Below, in pieces: positions 1 through 10,150 of a stretch of DNA of 64,000 nucleotides (its first letter is position 1; each line of letters opens with the position of its first letter). The DNA is taken from assembly GCA_036679605.1 (NCBI GenBank), contig JAZDCZ010000427.1, positions 1-64,000 on the forward strand, given 5' to 3'. The stretch comes from Gemmatimonadota bacterium. Lineage in GTDB: Bacteria; Gemmatimonadota; Gemmatimonadetes; Gemmatimonadales; GWC2-71-9. Below the pieces are notes generated by a model that saw only the letters and a program-made list of their open reading frames with translations, made no database searches and had not been told where the DNA came from. Made by a program: the position numbers and the translations under genes.

Positions 1-158
1 GGTATATAGATAACCTGGTTTGTAACTTCCTCCGGGTTTTGTTCGGGTTTCGGTCAGTGCGCCGCTAGATTCACCGTCAAAAAACTCTGTTCAGCCTGGT
101 TACTCGGCGCCAAACCTAGATTCAAACCTAGGTAAGTCTGGGTTTGGGCTGGATTTTG
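1..158 (+). repeat. Left terminal inverted repeat (TIR) of casposon
   Basis: Begins GGTATATAGATAACCTGG. Its reverse complement matches 18542-18699 with 2 mismatches (left positions 115 and 151). Confidence 0.97.
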
Positions 159-210
159 ACTAGATTCTGGTTGGATCGCTGCCAATTACTTCAGCTGAAC
201 TGGAAGACAA

Positions 211-804
211 GTGACACTTCCCCGCCTCTCGGTTCAACGTCTGAGCGGCGCCGAACCATTCCATTTGGCTGGTGAGTCATCAGTGGGGTCGGTTCTTGAT
301 TTTTGGCAATGGGCCTGTTCTGATCTCGTCACCAACACCTTCCGTGGCTGGTTGGCTGAATACATCGTAACTCGGGCGCTAGACGTTCCAGATGGGGTGC
401 GCCATGATTGGCTGCCGTACGATCTGACAGACGAGAACGGAATTAAGATTGAAGTAAAGACATCCGGTTACGTGCAAAGTTGGCATCAAGCAAAGCTGTC
501 AACCCCTCGCTTTGATATTGCTCGTAAGCGAGGGTGGGACCCCGACACAGATACACTGACAGAAGTACCGGAGCGACATTCCGACGTTTACGTTTTCTGT
601 CTCCTCAAGCACCGCGAGCAGGCTACTCTCGATCCGCTTGATCTGGGTCAGTGGGAATTCTATGTGCTCTCGACGCACCTGATCAACCAGGAGTTGGGCA
701 GCCAGAAGTCACTCGGCGTCATTACGCTAAGGAATCTAGGTGCCGTGCCTGTCGGGTTTCAGGAGATCCGATCCGCAGTAGTGCAGGCCGCCGAACACGC
801 TTAA
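211..804 (+). CDS. PD-(D/E)xK restriction-endonuclease-fold protein
   Basis: Motifs GWLAEYIV, PYDL and IEVKTSG fit the E..D..ExK nuclease pattern. Confidence 0.6.
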   Translation: MTLPRLSVQRLSGAEPFHLAGESSVGSVLDFWQWACSDLVTNTFRGWLAEYIVTRALDVPDGVRHDWLPYDLTDENGIKIEVKTSGYVQSWHQAKLSTPRFDIARKRGWDPDTDTLTEVPERHSDVYVFCLLKHREQATLDPLDLGQWEFYVLSTHLINQELGSQKSLGVITLRNLGAVPVGFQEIRSAVVQAAEHA

Positions 805-1183
805 TGTGATCGAGCCATCTGACAAGACTTGTGGTGTCCGTTCGCTCGACCTAGATCCCGCTGATATCAGGCGTTGGTACCTTTCAACCTTGCGGGAGAA
901 CGGATGCGACTTTCTCGGCGTAGATCTTGGCCCAGTCTAGCCACCTCCTGCAGAGTCGCGATCTCCAACTCGGCGGGTAAGTAAGCTCGGCCTGCCTGCT
1001 CAGCTGCAATCACGTAGTCACGAATCTGCTGGCTTTGACCCACTGCTCCTGCGCCCGTGCTACCCTTGCCAACCCTTGCCAGGGTGTTATGGTTGTGGTC
1101 GTCAAACGGCAAGCCTGATGTGTCGCTTGGCAACATCCTGTTTAGTGCTCGCCGTCACGTCGCCCTAGCTGCGGAGGTTGCAG

Positions 1184-2773
1184 ATGCGTGTTCGGCCTGT
1201 TTTATCGTTTTGTCTTACCTTCGTCTCTGCCCTCGTCATTGCATCTTGTGGTTCGGACTCTGGACCAAATGCCCCATCTGGTACCAAAGATCCGACCGGC
1301 CCTGCTGCGGCTTCGATCCAGGTCACATCGCAACCTGCGGGAGCCGCAGCCGGTCAAGCGTTTACAACACAGCCTGTGCTTGAAGTGCGGGATGCGAACG
1401 GAGCCATCGTTGGCGTTGACAATGTCACGGTGGTGACCGCTGCCATCGCATCTGGGGGTGGAACGCTACAAGGCACGACGACTGCGACCGCAGTTGGTGG
1501 TGTCGTGGCGTTTTCGGACCTTGGCGTCGGCGGAATCGCTGGCGAGCGGACACTGGCCTTCTCGGCACAGGGTCTTGCCGAGGTCACATCTGCGCCTTTC
1601 CCCCTCACACCTGGACCAGCAGCCCAGGCGATACTTGAAGACGGTAACGATCAACAAGGCGGAAGAGGTGAACTGCTTGGCAAACTGCTTGTCATTGGCG
1701 TATCTGACGACTTTGGGAATGGCGTTCCTGACGTGGCGGTGGAGTGGTCCATTACTGGCGATGGCACCGTAAGCCCCGTTCAGCCTTTGACCGACAGCAC
1801 TGGCCAGGCTAGTGCACAATGGGTGATGGGTTCTTCTTTGGGAATTGACACCGCGACAGCTGCGGTTGTTGGCACCCTCTTACCACCGGTCGTGTTTGTC
1901 ACGAGGGTCGTTCGCGTGTGGGTGTTACTAAACCCCACTCTCTCACCATCGGCCCGCGAAGCGCCATTGATGGCTTACGCGACATCTCGCGATGTCACCG
2001 TTCTTTTTGGTGGCCTTACCCAGGCGGAAGGTCCGACAAACGCCGAAACGTGGGAATTTGATGGAACCGACTGGCGCCAGATCGTGACGGTCACTTCCCC
2101 ACCAGCTCTGAATCAGACCATGGGCGCGATGGTGTACGACTCTGCGCGAGGGCGGGTGGTCGTTTTTGCCACTGAGAATCCCACGAAGACATTGTGGGAG
2201 TTCGATGGTACGGACTGGACCGCAATGTCGTACGCGGGAGGACTGTTTCCAAGTCGCTGCTGCACCCGCGCCACGTTCGATGCCAAGCGAAACAAGACTG
2301 TGATCTTTGGGGGCTTTCGCGTTGGTTTCATGAACGACACGTGGGAGTTCGACGGGACCGGGTGGATCGAGATTGTTACATCACCTACTAGTACTCCATC
2401 CGTTCGGAGGGAAGTCAGTATGGCTTACGATGCTGAACGTCAGCAGACAGTTGTAGTTGGTGGATGGGACGGCGTGCAGAACCTTAACGACGCTTGGCAG
2501 TATGACGGTCTCAGCTGGGTTAGTATTACAAGGCCCTCAGCCTTCCCTTCTAGTTCAGAGACGGGACTCGTGTTTGACCCAGCAGCTCGAACGCTGCTCT
2601 TTGCCCTGGGCAGCCAGACCTGGGAGTGGGACGGCTCCTCGTGGACCTTATTGGGAGCGGGTGTAACACCTTCGTTTAATGGCCACTTCGGAATCGCATT
2701 CGACGTGGCGAGAGATCAGGTGGTTGTCTTCGGCAACAATCCGTTCAGCAGCCAGACTTGGATCTACCGATAG
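1184..2773 (+). CDS. Lipoprotein with Ig-like domains and a C-terminal Kelch-like beta-propeller
   Basis: GGAGG RBS before ATG 1184, lipobox IASC, Ig-like N-terminal half, and repeated FGG...TWEFDGTDW blades. Confidence 0.75.
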   Translation: MRVRPVLSFCLTFVSALVIASCGSDSGPNAPSGTKDPTGPAAASIQVTSQPAGAAAGQAFTTQPVLEVRDANGAIVGVDNVTVVTAAIASGGGTLQGTTTATAVGGVVAFSDLGVGGIAGERTLAFSAQGLAEVTSAPFPLTPGPAAQAILEDGNDQQGGRGELLGKLLVIGVSDDFGNGVPDVAVEWSITGDGTVSPVQPLTDSTGQASAQWVMGSSLGIDTATAAVVGTLLPPVVFVTRVVRVWVLLNPTLSPSAREAPLMAYATSRDVTVLFGGLTQAEGPTNAETWEFDGTDWRQIVTVTSPPALNQTMGAMVYDSARGRVVVFATENPTKTLWEFDGTDWTAMSYAGGLFPSRCCTRATFDAKRNKTVIFGGFRVGFMNDTWEFDGTGWIEIVTSPTSTPSVRREVSMAYDAERQQTVVVGGWDGVQNLNDAWQYDGLSWVSITRPSAFPSSSETGLVFDPAARTLLFALGSQTWEWDGSSWTLLGAGVTPSFNGHFGIAFDVARDQVVVFGNNPFSSQTWIYR

Positions 2774-2806
2774 GTAGGACATGACTGAAACGAAACGGTA
2801 CCGGGA

Positions 2807-3052
2807 TCACTGTGCTCGCGTTCGCTTTCTGGTCTCAGGGAGGAAGTACGAGAGCGGCTTATGGTAGACCTTCGCCAGATCTTCCAGTTCGATGACATCC
2901 ACGCGGCGCTCCCCTGACTCACATTTCGAGACAAACGACTGGGGCTTGCCGAGTGCCTTCGCAGCCTCCGACTGCGTGAGCTTCGTTTCGAGGCGCGCAG
3001 CCTTGAGGCGTCGTAGGAATTGCTTGTAGCGAGTAGTATGGAGAGATTTCAT
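2807..3052 (-). CDS. XRE-family HTH transcriptional regulator
   Basis: LTQSEAAKALGKPQSFVSKCESGERRVDVIEL is a typical HTH_3 signature. Start reassigned to ATG 3052. Confidence 0.85.
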   Translation of the reverse strand: MKSLHTTRYKQFLRRLKAARLETKLTQSEAAKALGKPQSFVSKCESGERRVDVIELEDLAKVYHKPLSYFLPETRKRTRAQ

Positions 3053-3217
3053 GCGGCCAGTCATCGAAGCCAGTCCGCGGGAAGCCTGCCTAGCCTGGCC
3101 GGATAACCCAAATTGGGATATGTTCAGAGAGCTGTCCGAAACAGGCTGGACAAACAAGTGACGGGTTTTTTGCGGAGAGAGGATTCGGAATACGTGTGGA
3201 CGCTGAGGGATCCACCT

Positions 3218-6200
3218 GTGTCACGGGGGATCGCATACTTTAGGTTTCAAGTTTTGATCGCGTTTTCGGGTGCTGTCGGGCTGCTCGCGTCCGTTTCCTG
3301 CGGCGGCGGTGGCGGCGACTCGACTGCTCCTCCCAAGACACCTCAGCCCAAGCCCGTGACTCGCGTCGAGATCTCACCAAGTGCAGATACGCTCACCGCG
3401 GTCGGCGCAACCCTTCAGTTTCAGGCTGTAGCCAAGGCCGCAGATGGCAGTACGATATCCGGCAAGACATTCGCTTGGAGTTCCACCAATACGAGCGTTG
3501 TTACCGTCAATCCGTCAACGGGTCTTGCATTGGCGAGTGGAAACGGAGTCACGACCATTCGGGCCATCGTTGACGGAGTCCAGGGATCCGCATCGCTTAC
3601 CGTCAATCAAGTGGGATCTGCGCTAGTCATCCGCACGCAGCCCAGTGGAGCTGGTGCCGGAGCGACGTTCACAACTCAGCCGCAATTGGAGGTACGCGAT
3701 GCACGCGGTAACATCGCGGAAAACGATAGCACTACTGTAGTGACCGCTACGATCGCGTCGGGTGGGGGAACTCTGATGGGCAGCACATCGGCTGCAGCTG
3801 TCGGCGGCGTGGTTGGTTACACGGACCTTGCGATTGGTGGTACCGCTGGGAACAAAACACTTACCTTCACCGCCCAAGGCATCGCGGGAGTAACGTCGGC
3901 ATCCTTCACTCTGGCACCGGGTCCCGCTGTCCAAATGGCTCTCGATGCTGGAGATGCACAGACTGGACTCGCTGGCACGATCCTACCCGTGTCTATGTCG
4001 GTGCAGGTTGTCGATGCCTTCGGTAACGCAGTATCAGCCCAAGGCGTAGATTGGAACACCACCGCTGGGTCAGGTACCCTATCGGTGACAACGACAACGA
4101 CAAACGCATTTGGTATTGCCGGTGTGACCTACACGCTTGGCAGGTTTGCGGGTCAAGAGACTGTGGAGGCGACGGCGTCGGGGCTCAACGGCTCGCCGAT
4201 CATATTTAATGTCACTGCCACACCCAATGGAACGATCAGGGGTGTCGTCACCGTCGCAAGTGCCTTCCTTGCCCCCTCGGCTGCTATGGCAACCGGTGAG
4301 GCTACAAAATCATCGTCCGCAATATCCATAGCGGGCGCGCCGGTTCGGCCCTCTACAGTCAGACAGAACCTAGGGTCTTTCCAGCAGCCACGAAGTCAAC
4401 AGCCGCAGCGCCCGGCTCCTGAGTATGTACCCAACGAGCTGATTGTTACCTTCCGCCCGGGTCCTGTGGGTGCACCACGGGCTGGTACCGGACTCATGTC
4501 CACAGCCAACGCGCAAGCAGTATCCAGCGGCATTCGCACTTCCCTGGCACCTTACGTGGCGTCGAGCACTATGGCGGTTACCGGCGTGTCGCCCGCGATC
4601 CGAGCGGCTAGGATAGTAGTGCCTAGCTCAGCATCCCTCGACGCCGTTGCCACAATGCTGCGAAATGATCCCACTGTGGAGACTGTCGAGCGCAATGCGA
4701 TTGTGCGACTAGACGCGACTTCCGGTAAGAATACGCTGGCACCGCCACTTCCCACCCTGCCGAATGATCCACTATACCCGTGGCAGGCTTGGAATTATGA
4801 GATGATAGATGCACCTAAGGCATGGAGTATTACTACGGGGAATGCCGGAGTGTTGGTTGCTGTTGTTGATGCCGGGATCAGATTTGACCATACCGGAATC
4901 GCCGCAAACCTTGCTAATGACGGCTACGACTTTGTATCTACCGGCACACTGCAAATTTGCGGTGGAGGAACGATAGACCGGTCGGGGGATGGAGACGGCT
5001 TTGATTCTGATCCGACCAACCCCCTGGATGTCAATTTCGATGGAAGCCTGAACTGCGTGACCACTACGCAAGCATCGGGGAACCATGGTTTGCATGTGGC
5101 AGGAACTATCGGCGCAGTCGGGAATGACGCCGCCGGAGGGTCCGGGGTCTCCTGGAGCGTCCGCATTCGTCCTGTGCGTGTTCTCGACATCACCGGCGCC
5201 GGAAACAATTTCGACATTGCTCAGGGAATCTTGTACGCAGCAGGTCTTGTGGTAGACGACGGATTTGGGAACATGATACAGGCGCCGTCAGGGGCTCCCA
5301 TCATCAACATGAGTCTCGGTGGTCCGGTCAACTCAACAATGTGGCAGAGTGCTGTGACAAGCGCAACTGCTGCGGGGTCGCTAATCATCGCTGCTGCTGG
5401 TAACGATGGTAATTCCGACCCTCAGTATCCAGCAGCATATTCGGAAACGGTGTCTGTATCTTCGGTCGGACCTGATGCACTGATTTCGTCGTTCTCAAGC
5501 TTTGGATCGACTATCGATATCGCTGCACCTGGCGGCGACTTGGTTGACGGTGACGCGACCTTTGGTATCTTGTCCACAGCGTGGAACTACGTTACTGGCA
5601 CACCGATTTGGGATGCAGCAGTATGGAACGGGACATCCATGGCGGCACCTCACGTATCCGGTGTTGCCGCTCTCTTGCTAGCCCAGGATCCAACACTCAC
5701 TGCGACACAGCTCCGTTCTCGCCTCCTTAACTTCGCCGTTGACGTGGGAGCGCCCGGACGCGACGATTTATATGGCAATGGAATTGTCAATGCACGCAAC
5801 AGTTTGACACAGACACTTTCACCACCAATGGATCTGCATGTTGTGCTGGTGGATGCAACGTCTGGCGCAGCCGTGCAAACGCTGATGGCGGCGCCCGACG
5901 GGTCATATGCCTTTGATGAGTTGGCGGACGGTGGCTATTACATGTATGCGGGCCAAGATGACAACGGCGATGGTCTGGTTGGGATATTCGAGCGCCGCTG
6001 GGGTGCGTTCGGCGGTTCAGCGACACCGACCCAGGTGACTATCAACGGCGCCGGAACCTCAAACGCCGATTTCTCCGTCGGGTTTCCGATTGAAGCGGAA
6101 CCGAATAATCTGTTTGCGGACGCCGACGTGCTACAGCTAGGTGGATATTTGTTTGGTGTCATTGCAGATATCAATACGCCAGATGTGTCGCGAGTGGAGA

Positions 6201-6460
6201 TTCCGGTGGCCGGAACCTATACGTTCGAAACCGCTGCACCTGCTGGCGCGTGTCTATTTGCACTAGGCGAGGACACGGTCCTCCAGCTCTACGATGGAAC
6301 CGGTGTGCTACTTGTGGAGAATGACAACGTAGATGCTGCTAGCAACAATTTCTGTTCTCGCATCACGCGTTCGCTAACTGCGGGAAGCTACTTTGTAGCT
6401 GTTTGGGGCAGGCAGGGATCTCCCAGAAGATACCAAGTTCGAGCTAGGTCTGGACAATGA
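3218..6460 (+). CDS. S8 (subtilisin-like) serine protease lipoprotein with N-terminal Ig-like domains and a C-terminal PPC-like domain
   Basis: Catalytic triad motifs VAVVDAG, NHGLHVAGTIGA and GTSMAAPHVSG. Lipobox SVSC. The start (GTG 3218 after GAGGGA) is inferred. Confidence 0.9.
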   Translation: MSRGIAYFRFQVLIAFSGAVGLLASVSCGGGGGDSTAPPKTPQPKPVTRVEISPSADTLTAVGATLQFQAVAKAADGSTISGKTFAWSSTNTSVVTVNPSTGLALASGNGVTTIRAIVDGVQGSASLTVNQVGSALVIRTQPSGAGAGATFTTQPQLEVRDARGNIAENDSTTVVTATIASGGGTLMGSTSAAAVGGVVGYTDLAIGGTAGNKTLTFTAQGIAGVTSASFTLAPGPAVQMALDAGDAQTGLAGTILPVSMSVQVVDAFGNAVSAQGVDWNTTAGSGTLSVTTTTTNAFGIAGVTYTLGRFAGQETVEATASGLNGSPIIFNVTATPNGTIRGVVTVASAFLAPSAAMATGEATKSSSAISIAGAPVRPSTVRQNLGSFQQPRSQQPQRPAPEYVPNELIVTFRPGPVGAPRAGTGLMSTANAQAVSSGIRTSLAPYVASSTMAVTGVSPAIRAARIVVPSSASLDAVATMLRNDPTVETVERNAIVRLDATSGKNTLAPPLPTLPNDPLYPWQAWNYEMIDAPKAWSITTGNAGVLVAVVDAGIRFDHTGIAANLANDGYDFVSTGTLQICGGGTIDRSGDGDGFDSDPTNPLDVNFDGSLNCVTTTQASGNHGLHVAGTIGAVGNDAAGGSGVSWSVRIRPVRVLDITGAGNNFDIAQGILYAAGLVVDDGFGNMIQAPSGAPIINMSLGGPVNSTMWQSAVTSATAAGSLIIAAAGNDGNSDPQYPAAYSETVSVSSVGPDALISSFSSFGSTIDIAAPGGDLVDGDATFGILSTAWNYVTGTPIWDAAVWNGTSMAAPHVSGVAALLLAQDPTLTATQLRSRLLNFAVDVGAPGRDDLYGNGIVNARNSLTQTLSPPMDLHVVLVDATSGAAVQTLMAAPDGSYAFDELADGGYYMYAGQDDNGDGLVGIFERRWGAFGGSATPTQVTINGAGTSNADFSVGFPIEAEPNNLFADADVLQLGGYLFGVIADINTPDVSRVEIPVAGTYTFETAAPAGACLFALGEDTVLQLYDGTGVLLVENDNVDAASNNFCSRITRSLTAGSYFVAVWGRQGSPRRYQVRARSGQ

Positions 6461-6858
6461 ACTGGCAACGTACACCGTTGGCTGCCCTGACCTTCCTTTC
6501 CGCCTTACTCATTCTGGTAGGGTGTGCCCGAAGTAGAGGTGACTCCGAAATCGATTCGTCGGCCCCGTCGCTGGATAGCCTGCGGGCAGTTGTACTCAAT
6601 TTGATTGACCAACCCAGCTGCACCAGCCCAGAGGTATGTCGGACAATTGCGTTTGGGAGCAAGCCATGTGGCGGGTCTTGGTCGTACGTCGCTTACTCCA
6701 CGCAGGTCACTGACTCAGTTAGGCTCTCCGAAGTTGTTGCGGCGTTCAATGATCGTGAGAAAAGCCTGAACCAGGAGCTGGGGCGTGCCTCTGACTGCCG
6801 CATGGTAACCAGACCCCAAGTGATTTGTCAGACAGGAAAGTGTGTGACCGAGCAGTAA
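6457..6858 (+). CDS. Cys-rich lipoprotein, translationally coupled to the subtilase
   Basis: Lipobox LVGC, six further Cys (CTSPEVC, KPCGG, SDC, CQTGKC), and an ATGA overlap with the upstream stop. Confidence 0.7.
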   Translation: MNWQRTPLAALTFLSALLILVGCARSRGDSEIDSSAPSLDSLRAVVLNLIDQPSCTSPEVCRTIAFGSKPCGGSWSYVAYSTQVTDSVRLSEVVAAFNDREKSLNQELGRASDCRMVTRPQVICQTGKCVTEQ

Positions 6859-6913
6859 GAACCCAAGCGTAATCCAACGAGTAGACTGATCTCGCACCTC
6901 AGGGTCGGGTCAC

Positions 6914-8263
6914 CTATCCTTTCTGAAGACTCTCCAACACACCCCACCACCTCGCGTGCGGCGCAGCAGCACCTGAGCGAATGCGCCCGCAGTACGCTCG
7001 TGAAAGACCGGTAGCCTGCGCAAGTTCGGCCAGTGTGAAGCCCTGGAGCCTGGGGAGGATCTGCTCTGGGAAGACGGTGGGATCCTGTTGCACCGTTCCT
7101 CGGTGATAGCATTCCCAATCTCGGATCGCGTCATGCTGCTCGGTTACTCTCCTTGATCGCTTGGCAGTCGTAGCCGACTCCTCAGTGGTCTTCGCCTTGC
7201 CCCCACGAATCCGGCTTCTTCCCCGGCTCCGATTGCGACCTGAAAGCGGAGTAGGTAACGGCTTGTACGACACGGCCCGGCGGGGCTTCGCTGTCAGTAA
7301 GGTTTGCGCAACGCTCTCCACTACTGGAGCAACAGCCCTCGACCATTTCACAGCGGTTAGCATCAACGGCTGTGTTACCGGTGGCATGACTCGACAGACG
7401 CCTTGACGGTTCTCGAAGAAGTCGGCCTTATGGAATGACCGTGTCTGTAGGATTGAGAGCAGGTGGAAGTCCACTGCCGGTCTAACCGGTTCCATTAGAT
7501 CACAGGCCAATGAGTCGCGATAACGCTTGTCTGCGTGGAATAGGCCAAGTTCTGGATTGAGCCCCATGACCATAGTAGCGATACGCGTCTCCGCTTCTAG
7601 GATGGCGTAGAGATAGTTGAGCATAGCGTTGGCGGGATTCGCTGCCCCACGGGGAGACCTAGTGTGTGGCGACGTGCGCGATCTGAAGTTGAGCCAATGA
7701 TCGGGGACGCGTTTTGCTTCCCGTTTTCCGAAGCCAACGCCAACTGGCTCCCAGGCCCGCCAATACGCCTTTGCGGCATCGGCCTCATAGTGACGCAAGT
7801 GCTCAAACGAGTCGCTGCGCTGTAAGAGTGCCAGGGCAGACTTGATCCGGCCACGAGCTTCCTTTGGCTCTGGCAACCGGCGCAGGACCTTGAGCTGACC
7901 CTGCAGCTTCTCGCTAACCAACCGGCGTGCGATGGACAGCGCCTGGCCATTTTCAGCAGCCAGCACCTGACCACGGGCCACTCTCGGATCTCCAACCGCA
8001 GTTGGTCCGGTTGCGGCAACCAGGTTCCCGTCAGCGTCAATTTGGACGAAAGCGGCGTTCACATCACGCAGCCAACGAAGCGCTTCGAGTGTGATCGTAC
8101 CGGCATGTCCCAGAACCACAACACGCTTGATCTTGCTTATTCGGGAAAACCCTCCTCGACGACGTTCGTCGGCAACTCCGTCTTCGACGACAAGGTGCCC
8201 CCGGCGAACAGCGATCTGGATACCGTAGCCGCTCAGCACAAGTACGCCGTTCTTAGTTCGCAT
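6914..8263 (-). CDS. cas1: Casposase (solo Cas1 integrase) with C-terminal HTH
   Basis: Cas1 motifs LSGYGIQIAVRRGHLVV, EADAAKAYW, NPANAMLNYLYAILE and GLFH..SLACDLMEPVRP. C-terminal HTH LAELAQATGLSRAYCGRIRSG. Start is 8263 or the upstream 8362. Confidence 0.93.
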   Translation of the reverse strand: MRTKNGVLVLSGYGIQIAVRRGHLVVEDGVADERRRGGFSRISKIKRVVVLGHAGTITLEALRWLRDVNAAFVQIDADGNLVAATGPTAVGDPRVARGQVLAAENGQALSIARRLVSEKLQGQLKVLRRLPEPKEARGRIKSALALLQRSDSFEHLRHYEADAAKAYWRAWEPVGVGFGKREAKRVPDHWLNFRSRTSPHTRSPRGAANPANAMLNYLYAILEAETRIATMVMGLNPELGLFHADKRYRDSLACDLMEPVRPAVDFHLLSILQTRSFHKADFFENRQGVCRVMPPVTQPLMLTAVKWSRAVAPVVESVAQTLLTAKPRRAVSYKPLPTPLSGRNRSRGRSRIRGGKAKTTEESATTAKRSRRVTEQHDAIRDWECYHRGTVQQDPTVFPEQILPRLQGFTLAELAQATGLSRAYCGRIRSGAAAPHARWWGVLESLQKG

Positions 8264-9254
8264 TCCGCCGCCTTGATCGCTGGTCTCGCTTGCCACGCCG
8301 CCGCTTCTTTGCTGCAGGCTTCTTCTTTCTACTACTGGCCTCGTGCTGAGCCCTGGCAACACGATCGACCATGGACTGTTCCGGCTTCCCCCAGATCTTA
8401 TCCTTGTCCTTGAAGTCGGCTATAGCCTTCTGAGAGGTTGGGCTGACGCATCGGAATGCGAACCACAGGAGGAATATCTCTCGCGGTACGAGTGACTGCT
8501 CGATACCAGGGAAAAGTCCAGAATGCCGGTACAAGGTCTGGCTCTCATCCCTCAAAAGACATAGCATCCGGGGAGGTGCATCCTCAAGCGCTTTCTGGAT
8601 CAGCGGTAGGTTCAATTCGCTCGAAAGCAGTTCAAGTGCATCAGGCACTGCGGAGACCGCGTCCAACGCGCTGCCATCCCTACGGCTGATGCCCAACTGA
8701 GCGTCAATTGCGTCACGCACGATCTTCCAATCCTGTTCATCGTAGGTCCCATGTTGATCGAACTCTCCCAAAAGCACCTGGTAGGCTAGGGCCGCAACTG
8801 TCTCAACTCTCGCTTTGCCGACACGTCTTCGGATACGACCGAATTCCGGTGGCACCCGGCCACGAGTGAGGGCGGAAATCGGATTCTCCTCCTCAGCATC
8901 ATCATCAAATGCTTCAAGTCCACTGCGTAGGTGATCCTTCCACTTGGTCAACTCCTTCATCAAGGACTCCCGCGCTACCTCCACCACCGGAAACCCGCAG
9001 CAGAAAAGACACCAGCCGATGCTGTCTAAGTCACGGGGGAAGATTTCGAGTAGCAGAGCGATGGCATAGGCCTGCGGAAATGCCAGAATAGGGAACACCG
9101 ATTCAGATCCCTTTCCACGCCCCTTGGAGCGACTTCGGGGGGACGGGATGAGGCTCCGCTTGTACCACCTGTCGAGCTGGTCACTGGTCACCGTGACGCC
9201 ATGACGCCCCAAGCGGACGATCAGCTCCGATCGGACAATCTCAGTCGGCAGCAT
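8253..9254 (-). CDS. Hypothetical protein with possible N-terminal winged HTH, co-oriented with and overlapping cas1
   Basis: 333-aa ORF. VTSDQLDRWYKRSLIPSP resembles a MerR-like wHTH. Basic C-terminal tail. Confidence 0.6.
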   Translation of the reverse strand: MLPTEIVRSELIVRLGRHGVTVTSDQLDRWYKRSLIPSPRSRSKGRGKGSESVFPILAFPQAYAIALLLEIFPRDLDSIGWCLFCCGFPVVEVARESLMKELTKWKDHLRSGLEAFDDDAEEENPISALTRGRVPPEFGRIRRRVGKARVETVAALAYQVLLGEFDQHGTYDEQDWKIVRDAIDAQLGISRRDGSALDAVSAVPDALELLSSELNLPLIQKALEDAPPRMLCLLRDESQTLYRHSGLFPGIEQSLVPREIFLLWFAFRCVSPTSQKAIADFKDKDKIWGKPEQSMVDRVARAQHEASSRKKKPAAKKRRRGKRDQRSRRRNAN

Positions 9255-9412
9255 CGGAAGGCTCCTTTGGACAAGGGCGTCTAGCCATGCACGAACGATG
9301 ACCTCGAATCGCTAGAGTTAATGTCAGACAAGAGAGCAAGCTGCATGCCATATGGCACTTGGGTTAGCCCTTAAATCTAACCATAAGAGCGAATACCCGG
9401 AAGGAGGTTTCT

Positions 9413-9610
9413 ATGACTATGTACTTGACTGCAGCCGACGCGGCACGGGTGCTGGATGTGACGCCTGCCGCCATACGCCTCATGCATAGGAGGGGCGAAC
9501 TCACTTCCGCCGCTCAAACAGAAGGAGGGATCCGGCTCTTTCGGCGTGTCTCGGTGGAGAGGCTCGCGAAAAAGCGAGCGAAACATAAGGCGAATCAACC
9601 TGCTGCCTAG
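9413..9610 (+). CDS. Small MerR/excisionase-like HTH protein
   Basis: YLTAADAARVLDVTPAAIRLMHRRGEL...TEGGIRLF, with a strong AGGAGG RBS. Confidence 0.85.
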   Translation: MTMYLTAADAARVLDVTPAAIRLMHRRGELTSAAQTEGGIRLFRRVSVERLAKKRAKHKANQPAA

Positions 9611-9616
9611 CGTACT

Positions 9617-10135
9617 GTGGCCAGTCGCGGTGGATCCCAGTCTCGCCCTGCTCGGTCGAGGCGTTCAACTCGGAGCCTGTCCGAACGGGAGGAACTGGCG
9701 AGAGGGCGTGCGTTCGAAGCCTTGAACATGATGCGCAACCGCGGCTGGTCCCTGACCCACGCGGCAACCGAAGCCCTGACGACGCCGCAGACGGTTCAGA
9801 GGTATGTAATGTCAGCACTGCGGCGTTTGGAAACGGGAAGGTATCGGCCGAAATCTGGGGATCACATGGTGAGGTCAATGAACTTCCAAACAAAAGATGG
9901 CGTGATCGTCCTACCTATTCGTGGATCGCGTAATAGATCGGCAGTCGCCATCCATGCCAACGCGATGAAGACGTTTGCGAACACCGGACGCACCGACGCA
10001 TTGCGACCGTTTCGCGGCAGGTCGATTCGGGCAGCCGGCAAGACATACCCGTTTCTCACGGATTTAGGATCGCTTCGCCGAGTGCTGGACGCCCAAGACG
10101 TCGCGTATGAGGAGGTCTACGCGCTAACGCAGTAA
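9617..10135 (+). CDS. Hypothetical basic protein, possible HTH
   Basis: 172-aa ORF in the operon with polB. WSLTHAATEALTTPQTVQRY is HTH-like. Confidence 0.6.
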   Translation: MASRGGSQSRPARSRRSTRSLSEREELARGRAFEALNMMRNRGWSLTHAATEALTTPQTVQRYVMSALRRLETGRYRPKSGDHMVRSMNFQTKDGVIVLPIRGSRNRSAVAIHANAMKTFANTGRTDALRPFRGRSIRAAGKTYPFLTDLGSLRRVLDAQDVAYEEVYALTQ

Positions 10136-10150
10136 TTGAAGGAGGCTGTA

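Noticed and set aside
867..1136. 89-aa minus-strand ORF inside the casposon
   Set aside because: No recognisable motif or convincing start. It may be a gene remnant but cannot be supported.
6914..8263. cas1 as part of a CRISPR-Cas locus
   Set aside because: No cas2, effector genes or repeat-spacer array were seen in the window. The TIR and PolB context indicates a casposase.
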